From Octopus bimaculoides (lineage: Eukaryota): 64,000 nt of DNA. The translations under genes were made by a program, and so were the position numbers. The stretch lies in the NCBI RefSeq assembly GCF_001194135.2, contig NC_068988.1:92261539-92325538 (forward strand), in the 5' to 3' direction. Numbering within the stretch: position 1 is the stretch's first letter; every line of letters starts with the position of its first letter. The notes beneath the pieces were generated by a model. The model saw nothing but the letters and a program-made list of their open reading frames with translations, was not told the origin of the DNA and did no database searches. This document shows positions 35,213 through 47,535 of this stretch, piece by piece.

Positions 35213-36094
35213 ATGTACGCTATGTTAATTTTGTTTTTATTATTTTTCAACATGTTCTCTGTCTTTCCTGCCTTCGGCTGGTCCTATGACCATTCCGAGC
35301 TTTGGGCAAACACGTTTTCAAATTGCAATTTCTCTTCTCAAAGCCCTGTCAATATCCAGCTAGCATATACTACACATGTTGACTGGTGGGAAACTCTAGA
35401 GTATTTTAATGAGCGGAACAACAGTAAAGTGGAATATTTTATGTTTATCAGCGAAAGTATTTTGAAAGTACAAGTACATGGGAATTTTGTATTAAATGGC
35501 GAAAGTCTTCGGGCGACTTTTTACACTATTCAGCTCCATTTCCACTGGAGGTATAAGAGTATCACACGTGGATCTGCACATTATATTGATGGCGAAGGAT
35601 TTCCACTCGAAATGCATATTGTTAATAAAAATTTCCAGTACAGCGATTTAACCACTGCAATACTTCATCCGGATGGTATAGCAATAATAGCATTTTTCTT
35701 TGAAATAGAACCTCTTGACAACCCCATGCTCAGTAAAATTATTGATGTTCTTCCTGATTTAGGTTCAAAATCAATGCTACTGAAAGACTTCAGTTTAAGT
35801 GGATTAATAGACGAAGGACTCAAAGAAACTGATTTCTTTCAGTACAACGGTAGCATACCAGTCCCTCCTTGCAATGAATGTGTTATCTGGATCATTGTTA
35901 AGAAACCTCTTTCAATATCACGAAGACAACTGGAGGAAATCTGGAAATTGAGCGAGAGAGATAATATGCTTGGTACTAACATCCGTCCAGTTCAACCACT
36001 TTATGAGCGATTAGTTTGGACTACTTTTTCAGCGGCTGATAAAGCCATTAGTTCAGCTTGTTGTCTGTTATTTCTTACAATGTTATGTATTTAA
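35213..36094 (+). CDS. Alpha-carbonic anhydrase family protein, single coding exon, signal peptide and probable GPI-anchor signal (293 aa from ATG 35213)
   Basis: Uninterrupted ORF with alpha-CA motifs in order: WSY, C..QSPVNI, QLHFHW (His94/His96, nt 35537 and 35543), GSAH, LEMHIV (Glu117/His119), YNGSIPVPPC (Cys203), VIW, NIRPVQPL. The N-terminus is hydrophobic (MYAMLILFLLFFNMFSVFPAFG). The C-terminus has small residues then a hydrophobic tail (SAADKAISSACCLLFLTMLCI). The track's TTG start at 35168 runs through a TA microsatellite, so ATG 35213 is more plausible. AATAAA at 36410. Confidence 0.95.
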   Translation: MYAMLILFLLFFNMFSVFPAFGWSYDHSELWANTFSNCNFSSQSPVNIQLAYTTHVDWWETLEYFNERNNSKVEYFMFISESILKVQVHGNFVLNGESLRATFYTIQLHFHWRYKSITRGSAHYIDGEGFPLEMHIVNKNFQYSDLTTAILHPDGIAIIAFFFEIEPLDNPMLSKIIDVLPDLGSKSMLLKDFSLSGLIDEGLKETDFFQYNGSIPVPPCNECVIWIIVKKPLSISRRQLEEIWKLSERDNMLGTNIRPVQPLYERLVWTTFSAADKAISSACCLLFLTMLCI

Positions 36095-38929
36095 CTTGAA
36101 AATATTTAATATCTTTGCTTCTTGTGGGAGAAGGAAAATGAAAAAAGAATAACTTTTTTTTTTTTTACATTGGGCATGTTAAAAAAAAAATCATTTTAGG
36201 TTTTGAAAAAATTTTTCCATTCTTTGATGATGCCTTTTGAATTTCCTTCTTCTTCAGTACAGCCATACGAATTGTACTTATAATGGAAAACTATATTTGT
36301 ATTTTGTTCAATCCAGAAATTGTTATTCGTAGTCAAAGCTGTGTATAATTACTAAATTGGTGTAATTTGAAGTTATTTTTGTTGTTAGTTTTATCGCTAA
36401 TTGTAAAGTAATAAAAAGATATTAAAGGAAGAGATTTGCAATCGAGATATCATTAATCAAGATGTTAATGAAGATTGAAATATTTCTGGGACCAGTTACT
36501 TTTTTCTATCAGTTATAACTTTCTCCCCCCCCTTTTTTAAATGCTATTTCATAATAAGTGTATGTGAGGCATGAATCTTAGGTTATAAGAACTTATTTCA
36601 ACTTTCAATATTAATCCTTATGTTAGGGCGGCGAGCTGCCGGGCAAAATGCTTAGTGGCATTTCATCCGTCTCTACGTTCTGATTTCAAATTTCGCCGAC
36701 GTCCACTTTGCCTTTCATCACCCTTTCAGAGGCAATAAAATGAGTACCAGCTGAAAGCTGAGGTCGAAGTAATCAATTTACCGACTCCCTAGAAATTGCT
36801 GGCTTTTTGCCAAAATGTGAGACCAATATTAATCCTAATGGACTATTAGAAAACCTTACACCGTCAGAAGACACAGTTTAAAACTTGACCAGAATCCAAA
36901 GAAACTAGTCACTGTTATTTTACGTTAATAAAATATTAGTTACGGAAGTTCACATAGATAAGTGCACGTATGCCAATAGCAAGAGTTACAATATTTGTCA
37001 TATTGTCTGAAATGTTTTTTTTTTATGGAAGCTTCCATTTTAGGAAGCTCCAACTGCGATATATTAAAACTAAAATAGTTGCTGGGACTGGTCCTGAGAA
37101 CAGTGTAGAGGAACCACGTAATCTCCAATAGCAATAAAACAGTCTATTTCCCTCTTATGATAACTTTTTATAATATACTCATGCATACCTTCGTCATATT
37201 CTCAGTATGAAGCTAGTGCAGAATTTCACCTATGGAATCTCTTTTGAACCAGGAAATACTTCAGCTTCTAACAACTAGTAACCCTCTGCAAAGTTCGAGT
37301 GAGACTCATAATGGATTAGTCTTGTTTCACATTCTGGACTCCCTGCCAAAGAAAAACCTCTTGATTGATTAGCATTAATTCTTTCAGAAGCACACACTAA
37401 CCTTTAGTTCAAAGACATCCTGTTTTCTTTCTCTGTCTGTCTCTCTCTCTCTCTCTCTCTTCCATGACTACTATTGTAGCATCATATCCTTGGATATGTC
37501 TAGTCTCTAGTCAAAACCCGCCCACGTCAGCGAAACTGAGGACAGGATTGTGGAGTGAGAGCTAAGCATAGCATATGAAGGAGGAAATGTGAGAAAGAGA
37601 AGCAATGTGGAGGTGTAGATTGGTTTGTTGGGGTAGGGTGAGGGGGCTAACAGATAGCAATAATATAGAGAGAGACAGGGCGTGTGGGTAGAACGCAGGT
37701 TGGAGGCAAGCAGAGATCAATGATACAGTGACACAGGGCCAAGAGGACAGGATTGGGGAGTGGGAGGTAAGCATAGAGTATGAAGTGGAAATGTGAGGAA
37801 GAGAAGNNNNNNNNNNAGTATGAAGTGGAAATGTGAGGAAGAGAAGAGATGTTGAGACATAGTTTGGTGTGTTGTGGTAGAGTGTGTGAGAAGTTTTCTT
37901 GTTAAGCATGGGTGGGACACACAGCGCTTCTAGAACTCAGTTTTGCTGACGTGGGTGGGTTTTCTCAAGAACTTCATATTGCCAGACATCATGGTCCATT
38001 GTCATTTCCTCTGTGAGGCCCAACTTCCTGAGATTTATTATTTTACTAAATTCTTCATTGTTTTGAAAATTGAAAACAAAGGCAATGTATTATCTCAACA
38101 AAAATATGGTCACAAAAAGCTTCATTATTAGTATAAATTATCACCATGGGAACTTGAACAACAATCATAATGTTTGTCAGAGTTCCACCTTGGTTATAAA
38201 TGTGTTGTTTTTTTTTAATGAGATTTTTGCTATTCAATGATACCATTTAACTAATATTTGTTTTTATAATTCAAGATACATTTATTTCTTCAGCACATTA
38301 TATTATAAAAGTGAAGAGTTTAGATTGATGGATAAATCAGCTTGTAATATGGTACCTGTTCATGACGAGGTATAGTCAAGTCATCGTCATTGGTAGAATT
38401 TAGCTTGAAATGAAATGAAATGTTGCATGTGTTCTCTTCAGTTTTATTTAGTCACTATTTACAAATTCTTCCTTGAATGTTATTGAGGATGTTTCAAGTT
38501 TATTATATTTACTGAGTTTTAAATTAAAATATTTTTCACTTTGAATTCTTTCCGTTATTTTTGTTATTGTTTAATCTTTTGAATAGTCTAAAAACTGTCA
38601 TTTATTTTTAATTAATAATTTAAAGCCTGCAATATTCATAGTTAAATAGTTTCAAAAATGTCTATGTGACACTTCTACATTTAACAACCATTGTTTCATA
38701 TGAAATTCACTGTTAGGATTAAATTGGATAAAAGACAATATTTTTTTAATAATTCCTTATTTTGCTTGGCTATTTCTAATTAATAGCTTTGGAATGGAAA
38801 ATAAATATTAGAAATTATTATTGATAATAGTAGAAACCTTACAGTATGGTCAGATTAATTGTGTCAGATGATAAGGTTGGTGTCTTGTTCCCTCCGTGTA
38901 TTTGTCACCCTTCAATACATAATCTAAAG

Positions 38930-41338
38930 CAGTGGTTCTCAAACTGGAGTATGTAGTCCCCTAGGGCAGGGGTTTTCAAACTTTTTGACTTGCGGACCCC
39001 TTTATATTTCAGACTTTACCCTTATAAACACTTATGAAATTTATACATAAATATTTGCTAAAAAATAACATACACTTTTACATTTATTTATTTAACAGTA
39101 TTTAACGAATAGGTTTATTGTCAATTAAAAGATTTCGATTAAAAAACATGTATAAAATCAAATTGCCCATAAAAAGTATTTGCTGTCCACAGACCTCCCT
39201 GTCTTGTCCTTGCGGACCCCCTGTGGTCCGTGAACCACAGTTTGAAAACCCCTGCCCTAGGGGACCACAAAGTGATTTTAGGGGGACTGCAAAGAGATGC
39301 TGAAGTATCATGAAAACAGGTAGCTTGAGGCAATTAAAGAATTTCAAGACTTCCAATTTTTTGCATGCTATCATCCTTTTTTGTCATTGACTTCAAACTC
39401 CATACCACTCATACACAATAATTTGCTAATCACACTCGTTGTACAACAAATGTGATTGGTTGATGGAAAAAATGCATGTATAATGTTTGATTGTGCATAT
39501 GCTGTCACTATTCTACACTCACATGACTCACCATTCCACTACTGCTACCCATGCATTTGCATATCTCTCACTGTCATTTTCCTCACCGGTGCATGTTCCC
39601 ACATGACCTTGCCCTTTGCCAGTCACCCATTCGCATCCTGCATGTTGGCAGGGCTTTATAAGCCATGATTGTTTTTCATGGCAATGTGTTCTGACAGAAC
39701 TGTCATCTCAATGGTTATCAATTTACGGAGGTTTATCTACAAAAAAAACGTTCACATAAGCTTTGGATTTCTTCCACAATTAATAATGAGAAGTAAGCTT
39801 TATTGCTAATTGGTATACCCAAAAGTTGCTGCAATAAGGCATATATGCACACCTATAGTATATGATAAATGCGAAATAAATATTCAATGTAGTTATATTA
39901 AATTTGTTTACTGAATTTTATCTTTTTTTACATAATGTCTCTCAAAAAAAAATATGTATTTGATAAATCTTATTTGAAATTCAATTTTACTGTGATAAAA
40001 TCTGGTGGAGAAGAGAAACCACAATGTGTTTTGTGCTCTGAGATTTTGGCATCTACTTCACTAAAGCCCAGCAAGTTAAAGAAACAAAGCATCCCAGTTC
40101 AATAGAGATGTTGACTTCTTCAGACATGAAACCGACAGATTGACGACATCCAGACTTGATGACACAGGAATGTTTTTGCTAGACATTACAACTAGTTTGA
40201 AAGCATTCTACGAGGTTTCAAGGAAAATAGCTGTTGCCAAAAAGCCCCACAATATCAGCAAAGAGTTGATATTTCTTTGCTGCAAAGATACCATATCGAA
40301 TGTGCTGAGAAGTTCTAAACTTCAGAAGCTGAAGCATGTCTCTCTCTCTCTCTCAAATGATGCTGTAAGCAGGTGAATACCATTAGCTGTCTGATAACAT
40401 TCTGTCACAGGTGGCCTCGAAGATTCATAATTCACTTTTTAACTTTTTCGTGATTCAGTTTGATGAAATGGTGGATGTTGCCAACTTAGCCCAATTTTGC
40501 ATCTATGTACATTATGTCCATAAAAATCACCTGGAAGATGAATTCCTGTTTTGCAAAACCTTCAGCACCAAAACAACAGCAAGGGAAATATTTAACAAAG
40601 TGGACAAATTTTTTGAGGCACAGGATATCAACTGAGAGCATGTCACTGGTGTGCACCAATGGTACTCTGGCAATGCTTGGTTGCCGTTTTGGTTTTCAAA
40701 CTTTGGTGAAAGAAAAATCCCCAGCTGCTATTGGTACACACTGCACAATTCATCCACAAATACTAATGGTGAAAACCATTCCTGATGATTTGAAAAATGT
40801 TCTGGATTATGTGATTACAGTGGTGAACTTCATCAAAGCAAATGCATCCAACTCTCATCTGTTTGCCAAGTTGTGCAAAGAAAGTGATTCTGACTTCAAA
40901 ATGCTTCTGTTGCACTCATAAGTGAGATAGCTTTTGAGACAAAAAAACAATGAAGAGTGTCTTCCTTCTAGGAAAAGAAGTCAACCAGATTTGCATGCTA
41001 AATTCGCTGATGTTCATTTTATGATCTGCTTGGCATTTTTGGTGGATATATTCAGGTTAGTGAATGCCGTCAACCTTTCACTGCAAGGGAACGATGTAAC
41101 CATGCTTCATTCTTATAAAAAAATAACTGATTACAAAATGAAGCTTGAACTTTGGCACCCAAAGCTGGATAGAAAGAACTTTGCATCATTTCCTCAACTA
41201 AACATGTTTATTGATGAAAACGAGCTTCAAGTTGATGGTGATATCGTTAAACTCCTGAAACAGCACATGTCAATACTAGGCAGAGAAATATCTTTTTATT
41301 TTTCTGATCTTCACGACTTTGACAAATACTGCCTCTTT

Positions 41339-41340
<2 letters not shown>
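38930..41340 (+). mobile_element. hAT (Buster/Charlie-type) transposon remnant with pseudogenised transposase, right end missing
   Basis: Left TIR cagtggttctcaaac preceded by atcTAaag. From ATG 39935: YLKFNFT..EEKPQCVLCSEILASTSLKPSKL..KHP (BED finger), then IQFDEMVDVANLAQ, THCTIH, VVNFIKAN, LAFLVDIF..NLSLQG, with many stops and frameshifts. Confidence 0.9.
38967..39254. mobile_element. Buster-type hAT MITE nested in the left subterminal region of the hAT element
   Basis: TIRs caggggttttcaaac / gtttgaaaacccctg. Perfect 8-bp TSD ccctaggg at 38959-38966 and 39255-39262. Confidence 0.95.
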
Positions 41341-41373
<33 letters not shown>

Positions 41374-42734
41374 ATTGATATTTTATGTAGGCATAGCAAT
41401 ATTAATAACCTGGATTTAGAGCTCACCATAGATATACTTCAGAACAAAGTGTCCATTGAGTAGAGAGCAATAATAAGGAATTGGAATAAAGTGCACTTCA
41501 TGTTTGAAGCTCTGGTGAAGCTATAAGGTGATACTCTAGCATTCAACTATTGAATGCATTGCATGTTGTGGCAGAAACAGATGTAAGCTAATGAAGTTCA
41601 TAACATAATTGTTTATACCTTTGTCCTTCTAATTCCTTTTAAATATATAATTTTACATCTATATGCACACAACTAGGCCCTACACTCAATCTCCTCCTTT
41701 CAAACCTTCGCCACTCCTTCATCTTGCTACTATACAGCCCTCCATCATTCTTTTAAGCATGGCACTGTTCAGCCACTATAATTTTATGAGAGCAGAACTG
41801 TGTATTTTGTACCCCTGGAATCATTTCCTTGTGTCACCCACTCCCCGTTCTCAATATCATCTCATCCCACTTTATTCTCATAGTCGTCAACACTTCTGTG
41901 CCACCTGTTATTTCTACTTTTCTCCTGAGCTACATTTCATAACTGCAATATCTCATTCTTAACACTCTCTCATATCTACAACTAATTACACCTCTTTGTT
42001 CACCACTCACTATAACTGCTTTTAAGTATCTCTGATCTCCATCTCTGTCATTGTACTTCTCTCTCTCTCTCTCCCCACAAACACACTCCTTCACTTACCA
42101 ACTCCAACATATCAACCCCACTGCCTTTTCATATTTACTTACAGCTTTTTTTTTTATTCTACTGCTCTCCACTTTTTCTATACTGCCACATATCACCGCC
42201 TCCCTCCCGAGCCTCTTCTATTTCATATCCCTTCCCCGCTCGACTCATATTTACCTTTTACCATACTGTCACTCTTATTCACCATTCACTATATTCACCT
42301 TTACTCCTATCTCTAACCAATTGTCCTGCTCTTCTCACACTCTTGCGAACTTATCTACATAACCTTTTCTACTTTCTGACTCCTTATCATCACCGTTTTG
42401 TCTCTCCAGCTACTCCTGTTCACCATTATATTATGATATTGCTAGCTACCTTGCTTAAACATCTAATAATTCTATCAATCCACTGTCCAGGATTGGTACT
42501 ATGAGGTAGTGAGTAAAAATCTATGATGATGATGATATGATTGTGAGTGTTCGTTTAGTAGTTTCTGAATACAAAGCAGACATAGAGACAGAAACCTCTC
42601 TCATTCTCTCTCACACACATACATATATTATAGACTGATCTTGACTACTTCACTTCCTAGTCATTATGTCTTGCTGGACTTGTAGTGATTGTTGCTTTTA
42701 TATAGGCCCGGATCAGACTACAGATTACTATCTC

Positions 42735-42772
<38 letters not shown>

Positions 42773-43394
42773 TTCAATTCTACATAGTTTTCTTTTTTTA
42801 TCAGAATTAGTTGATCACATGTCACCTCCTCTTGGGTTATCCAACTAATGAACTCACTTCCCTTCATCAACCATCTTTTGTATGTCCCTTCCCCATAGCC
42901 AAACTTACCAAGAAGCCTGATCCTTCCACAACAGAACATCAACTCTTTGGAATTCTCTCCTGGCTATTTATCTCCTGCAATCTTTAATATGCAGATTTTG
43001 AGATGACCGTAACAGCCTATAACCAAACCTGCAACCCAAACTTCCAGCCAATGCCATTAAAAACGGCAGAGCGCCAAACAACTATGCAAAACTTACTTTC
43101 AGTTATGCCATGGTTTCATTTAACCAAGGATCATTCTGCATATTCCAGCAAGCATTATATGAAAAGAATGAGTGTGTTTGACAATCTTGACATTATTTTC
43201 TTACCACAAACGACGGAAAAGTTGAAGACAAAGGGATCAGTGAGTGTAACGTACATTTGTTGAAAACAGCAATACCGAACAAAACGTTACAGGCCTAATA
43301 GATGTGACAAAGATTTAATGAGTGACACACTGCTAAAGAGCTAATGTGTGTTATGTAAAAAAAAAAAAAAATCAGTTGTACTCAAGCAGTATGC

Positions 43395-44366
43395 CAAAAA
43401 TTTTAAGTTGATGTTTCAAACTTAAGGCTTGAGATTCAATAGAGACGGACTTAACACTGATTCACTGCTCTGAAATACTAAAATAATAGATGTTGATCAG
43501 AAAGGAAAGAAAAGAAACAACATGATTTGATAAATGATATTGATCAAATATATACATATTTATATATATATATATAATTTGATAAAATCTCATTTCAACT
43601 GAAACATTTAAAAAAAATAATCTTCTGGAATTATGTGTTTCTTTTCTCTTTGTTTTACTTGCTCTGTGGGTGTCTATTTTTTTGATACCTTCCTAATAGA
43701 TATCACAAAACAACTATCTATAGCAAGCTATCCATTAAATCCTTCTAGTATTGATTCCCTAGCATTGACTAGCAATGCTGCCTAGCAGTCTTTTATAACA
43801 AGTTGTTGAGTGAGATTTTTATTTTTTTTTTAAATTCATATTCAACGAAAGATAGTAGATCAGCAAAAATTACCTATTGGAAAGTATCAATGGGGTTGAA
43901 AAAGTAATTCATCTATGGCATTATATTCCTTATTGTGCAATGAGTTGGTGAAACATGTGTATTTATGTTGTATAATGTTGTAATAATCCTTTCTGCTATA
44001 GCCATAAGGCCTGAAATTTCATGGAAGGGACTTCGTAACATTGACTTTGTTACTCAACTGGTAATTATTTTATCAACCATGAAAGGCAAAGTTACTCATG
44101 GTAGAATTTGAACTCAGAGAATAAAGTCAAAAGAAATGCTACTGAGTTTCTTTTTGTCTGTTGTGCGAATGATTTTGCTAGCTTGCTGCCCTCATTGTTA
44201 TTGTAATAACAGATAGAGACATTGGTTGGAAAATGGAGGTGTAGACATGGTTTGTTAAATGATGTATAAAAGAAACATAATTATTCAGACATGTATCTTT
44301 CTCTTGGACTCATTAGCGCTGTAGATAAGGAAGGAAATAAACCTAAAACGTTTAACTCTGTTATCT
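43395..44366 (+). repeat. Diverged duplicated block, copy 2 (with a SINE B insertion; ends at the RTE junction)
   Basis: See copy 1. Homology resumes after the SINE at ~44210. Confidence 0.85.
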
Positions 44367-44384
44367 TGGAGAGAGTCAGTTTAG

Positions 44385-46203
44385 ATGGAGAGGGTCATAG
44401 CCCAACTAATTAGGGAGAGAGTCAGTGTAGATGAGATGCAGTTTGGGTTCATGCCAGGGAAAAGCACCACTGATGCTATATTTCTGGTAAGACAGCTGCA
44501 GGAGAAATACCTAGCCAAAGATAAACCTCTGTACCTGGCTTTCTGGGTAGAAGTAGGGGCCCACCAAGGTTCAGTCTTCAGCCCCCTCCTATTTATCATA
44601 GTCCTCCAGGCAATAACAGAGGAATTCAAGACAGGATGCCCCTGGGAACTCCTCTATGCTGATGACCTTGCCCTAATTGCTGAGTCACTATCAAAACTAG
44701 AGGAGAAGTTTCAGGTGTGGAAGCAAGGATTAGAATCGAAGGGCCTTAGAGTCAACCTAGCTAAAACCAAAGTCCTAATAAGTAGGAAGGTAGACAAACC
44801 ACAAATCCCTTCAGGTAGATCGCCCTGCTCGATCTGTAGAAAAGGCGTAGGTAGAAACTCTATAAGATGTACCCAGTGTAAGCTATGGACACATAAGAGG
44901 TGCAGCAATATCAAAGGAAGGCTAACTGGGAAGATAGTTTTTGTATGTGGCAGGGGCTCAGGAGCAATAAACACTGAAAATGTGCAGAGAACAACTTCTG
45001 CCACATTCCAGTGAGAAAAACTAGAAGTAGTTGATAGTTTCCGTTACCTAGGTGACCAAGTCAGTAGCGGGGGTGGGGTTCACTGAAAGTGTAGCTGCTA
45101 GAATAAGAATAGCCTGGGCAAAGTTCAGAGAGCTCTTACCTCTGCTGGCAAAAAAGGGCCTCTTGCTCAGAGTAAAAAGTAGACTGTATGACACATGTAT
45201 ACGAACAGCCATGCTACATGGCAGTGAAATATGGGCCGTGACTGCTGAAGACATGCATAAGCTTGCAAGAAATGAAGCCAGTATGCTCCACTGGATGTGT
45301 AATGTCAGTGTGCATACTCAACAGAGTGTAAGTATCTTGAGAGAAAAGTTGGACCTAAGAAGCATCAATTGTGGTGTGCAAGAGAGATGATTGCGCTGGT
45401 ATGGACATGTGGCAAGAATGGATGAGGATAGCTGTGTGAAAAAGTGCCACCCTAGTGGTTGAGGGAACCTGTGGAAGAGGTAGGCTCAGGAAGACCTGGG
45501 ATGAGGTGGTGAAGCACAATCTTTGAACATTAGGCCTCACCAAAGCAATGACTAGTGACCGAGACCTTTGGAAATATGGTGTGCTTGAGAAGACCCGGCA
45601 AGCCAAGTGAGACCATAACCCATGGTCTATGCCAGGGGTGTAACCAGCCCACTTATGCGTACCTTTCCTTCATTGGACACTAAACTCTGTTTGCAAAGAC
45701 CTGTTGAGGCAAGTGAAATTGAAATCGAAATCAAATTTCATGACTGGCATCTGTGCTAGTGGAGTGCTAACCGCACCATCTGTGCATGATCGTTGTCAGA
45801 GCAGCTGACTGGCTTCTGTGCCGGTGGCATGTAAAAAGCATCATTCGAGCATGATCGTTTCCAGCGTTGCCTTACTGGCACTTGTGCCAGTATGTGAAAA
45901 AATATTCAAGCGAGGTTGTTGCCAGTGCTGCTGGACTGGCTCGTGTGCAGGTGGCACATAAAAAACACCATTTGAGTGTGGCCATTGCCAGTACTGCCTG
46001 ACTGGCCTTCGTGCCAGTGGCATGTAAAAGCACCCACTACACTCTCGGAGTGGTTTACATTAGGAAGGGCATCCAGCTGTAGAAACTCTGCCAGATCAGA
46101 TTGGAGCCTGGTGCAGCCATCTGGTTCACCAGTCCTCAGTCAAATTGTCCAACCCATGCCAGCATGGAAAGCGGACATTAAATGATGACGATGATGATGA
46201 TGA
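44385..46203 (+). mobile_element. RTE-clade LINE, 5'-truncated, internal deletion in RT, ~60-65-bp tandem repeats in the 3' UTR and (GAT)n tail
   Basis: QFGFMPGKSTTDAIF..RQLQEK, HQGSVFSPLLF, LLYADDL, LRVNLAKTK, MLHGSEIW; later WYGHV-like coding. In-frame deletion at ~44543 (LAF|WVEVG). Tail gatgacgatgatgatgatgat. Confidence 0.95.
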
Positions 46204-46358
46204 TTTACATTGACGGATATTTGTCCTCGTCTTGTTTGTTGTTAACACAACGCTTTGGCTGATACACCCTCCAGCCTTCAACAGGTGTCTTGGGGAAATT
46301 TTGAACCTGGGTTCTCATTCCTAAGGTATTTTTTGATGTCATTATTATTATTATTATT
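46204..46358 (-). mobile_element. Headless second copy of the hammerhead-tail SINE
   Basis: Colinear with 54243-54385. Motif GACAC-CTGTTGA-A-GGCTGG-loop-TCAGCC-AAAG-CGTT-GTGTT at 46289-46244. Confidence 0.85.
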
Positions 46359-47535
46359 TTTTTTCTGCCTCCAATCTCTGTTTGTAGATGGGGCAGTCTT
46401 TTTTTAAGTGTTGGTCGCTGCTGCACAGGTAGCACTTTGGCCTTCGCCCCTCTACAGCAACGTGAATTCTTGTGCCATCCGGCAAGTTTATTGAGTCGGG
46501 TATGGAATTTATGATATCTTGTTCAATTTGAACAAGGAGCTGCATGCCCACACCCGACCAGCTTTGTTTTTGCATTTTGTGTACCTCCAGAATAGTGGCA
46601 GTCTCTTCAATGTCAAAGAGCACAGCTGCCACTATGTTCAAGTTTTATTTTGGTTACGCGCCGACCAAGGTATGTCAGCACGAGTAATAAATCTTCCGCC
46701 TTCAGGGGTGTCGGTGAGTGCTGGATTGCATCCTCTTCTGTTGGGAAGCACACTTCCACCATTCCAAAGCGCTTCCCTTTAGTAACGAAACTTTTGTGGC
46801 CCCATATGGGCTTGAGTGCTATCTCCAACCTCTGTGGAGTAGCATTTTCTATTTTATGGTACTTTGTGTTATATATCTTGTAAATGATTGTACGTTTGTT
46901 GGTGTCGTAGATTAATGCTTGTGGAGTGTTAAGGAAAACATTATTTCCGTCTTTCCTTAACAACTCCTTTGCATCCTTCATTTCTGCCATTGTAACTTGG
47001 ATTTCTTCTGAGCTCTGCTTAGCTGCAATGGCTACTGGTTTTGGTTTTGGTGTTGTCTTCTTTGTTCTTCATTGTTCTGTTCTTCTCTTCCTCCTTCTCC
47101 GGTGTAGGAGCAATGGTGGAGGTAAGAGCTGGGAAGTGCAGATCCGAAAGTCGGTTGAAATATTGGAATCAGGAGCGCTGCACATGGCAGAATGTTCCTC
47201 AACATTTATCTCTTTGCCTTTTATGGCATGAGATGGGCGGGATGACATGCGACTTGACATGTCGTCCTTTGGTGGAGGGTGTGATGTGGAAAGAAGGGAA
47301 CAGCTCACTCTCTTCAAAGACATTTTTCAAAATTGATATGTGTGAAAATGGAAATTTCAAAATGTTCAAATGAAAATTTTGCTCCTAAATGGGGGAAATT
47401 TTGCCTAACCGACTAGCTCCGTAAGAACCTAGTCGGCTTGGCTGCACAAATATATAAAATATTACAGGTTTTAAAAGATTTACATGCAAAAATGACAACA
47501 ACTTACAGAGCTTCGGGAGACACGTCCGTCTGCTT
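46354..47535 (-). mobile_element. Third, more distant Gag-like ORF1 retroelement (3'-truncated, disrupted)
   Basis: ORF pieces 47323-47069, 46990-46613 and 46641-46354 align with copy 2 ORF1 (TIIYKIYN / TVIYKVYS; TYLGRR; VAVEGRRPKCYLCSSDQHLKKDCP). Confidence 0.75.

Noticed and set aside
37540-37850. Tandem duplication around 37807
   Set aside because: The identical ~30-bp copies directly flank a 10-N gap, typical of an unmerged contig overlap. The rest is a purine-rich degenerate repeat.
41650-42450. Mitochondrial insertion (NUMT)-like composition
   Set aside because: C/T/A-rich, but no mitochondrial gene or tRNA motif could be read; treated as low complexity.
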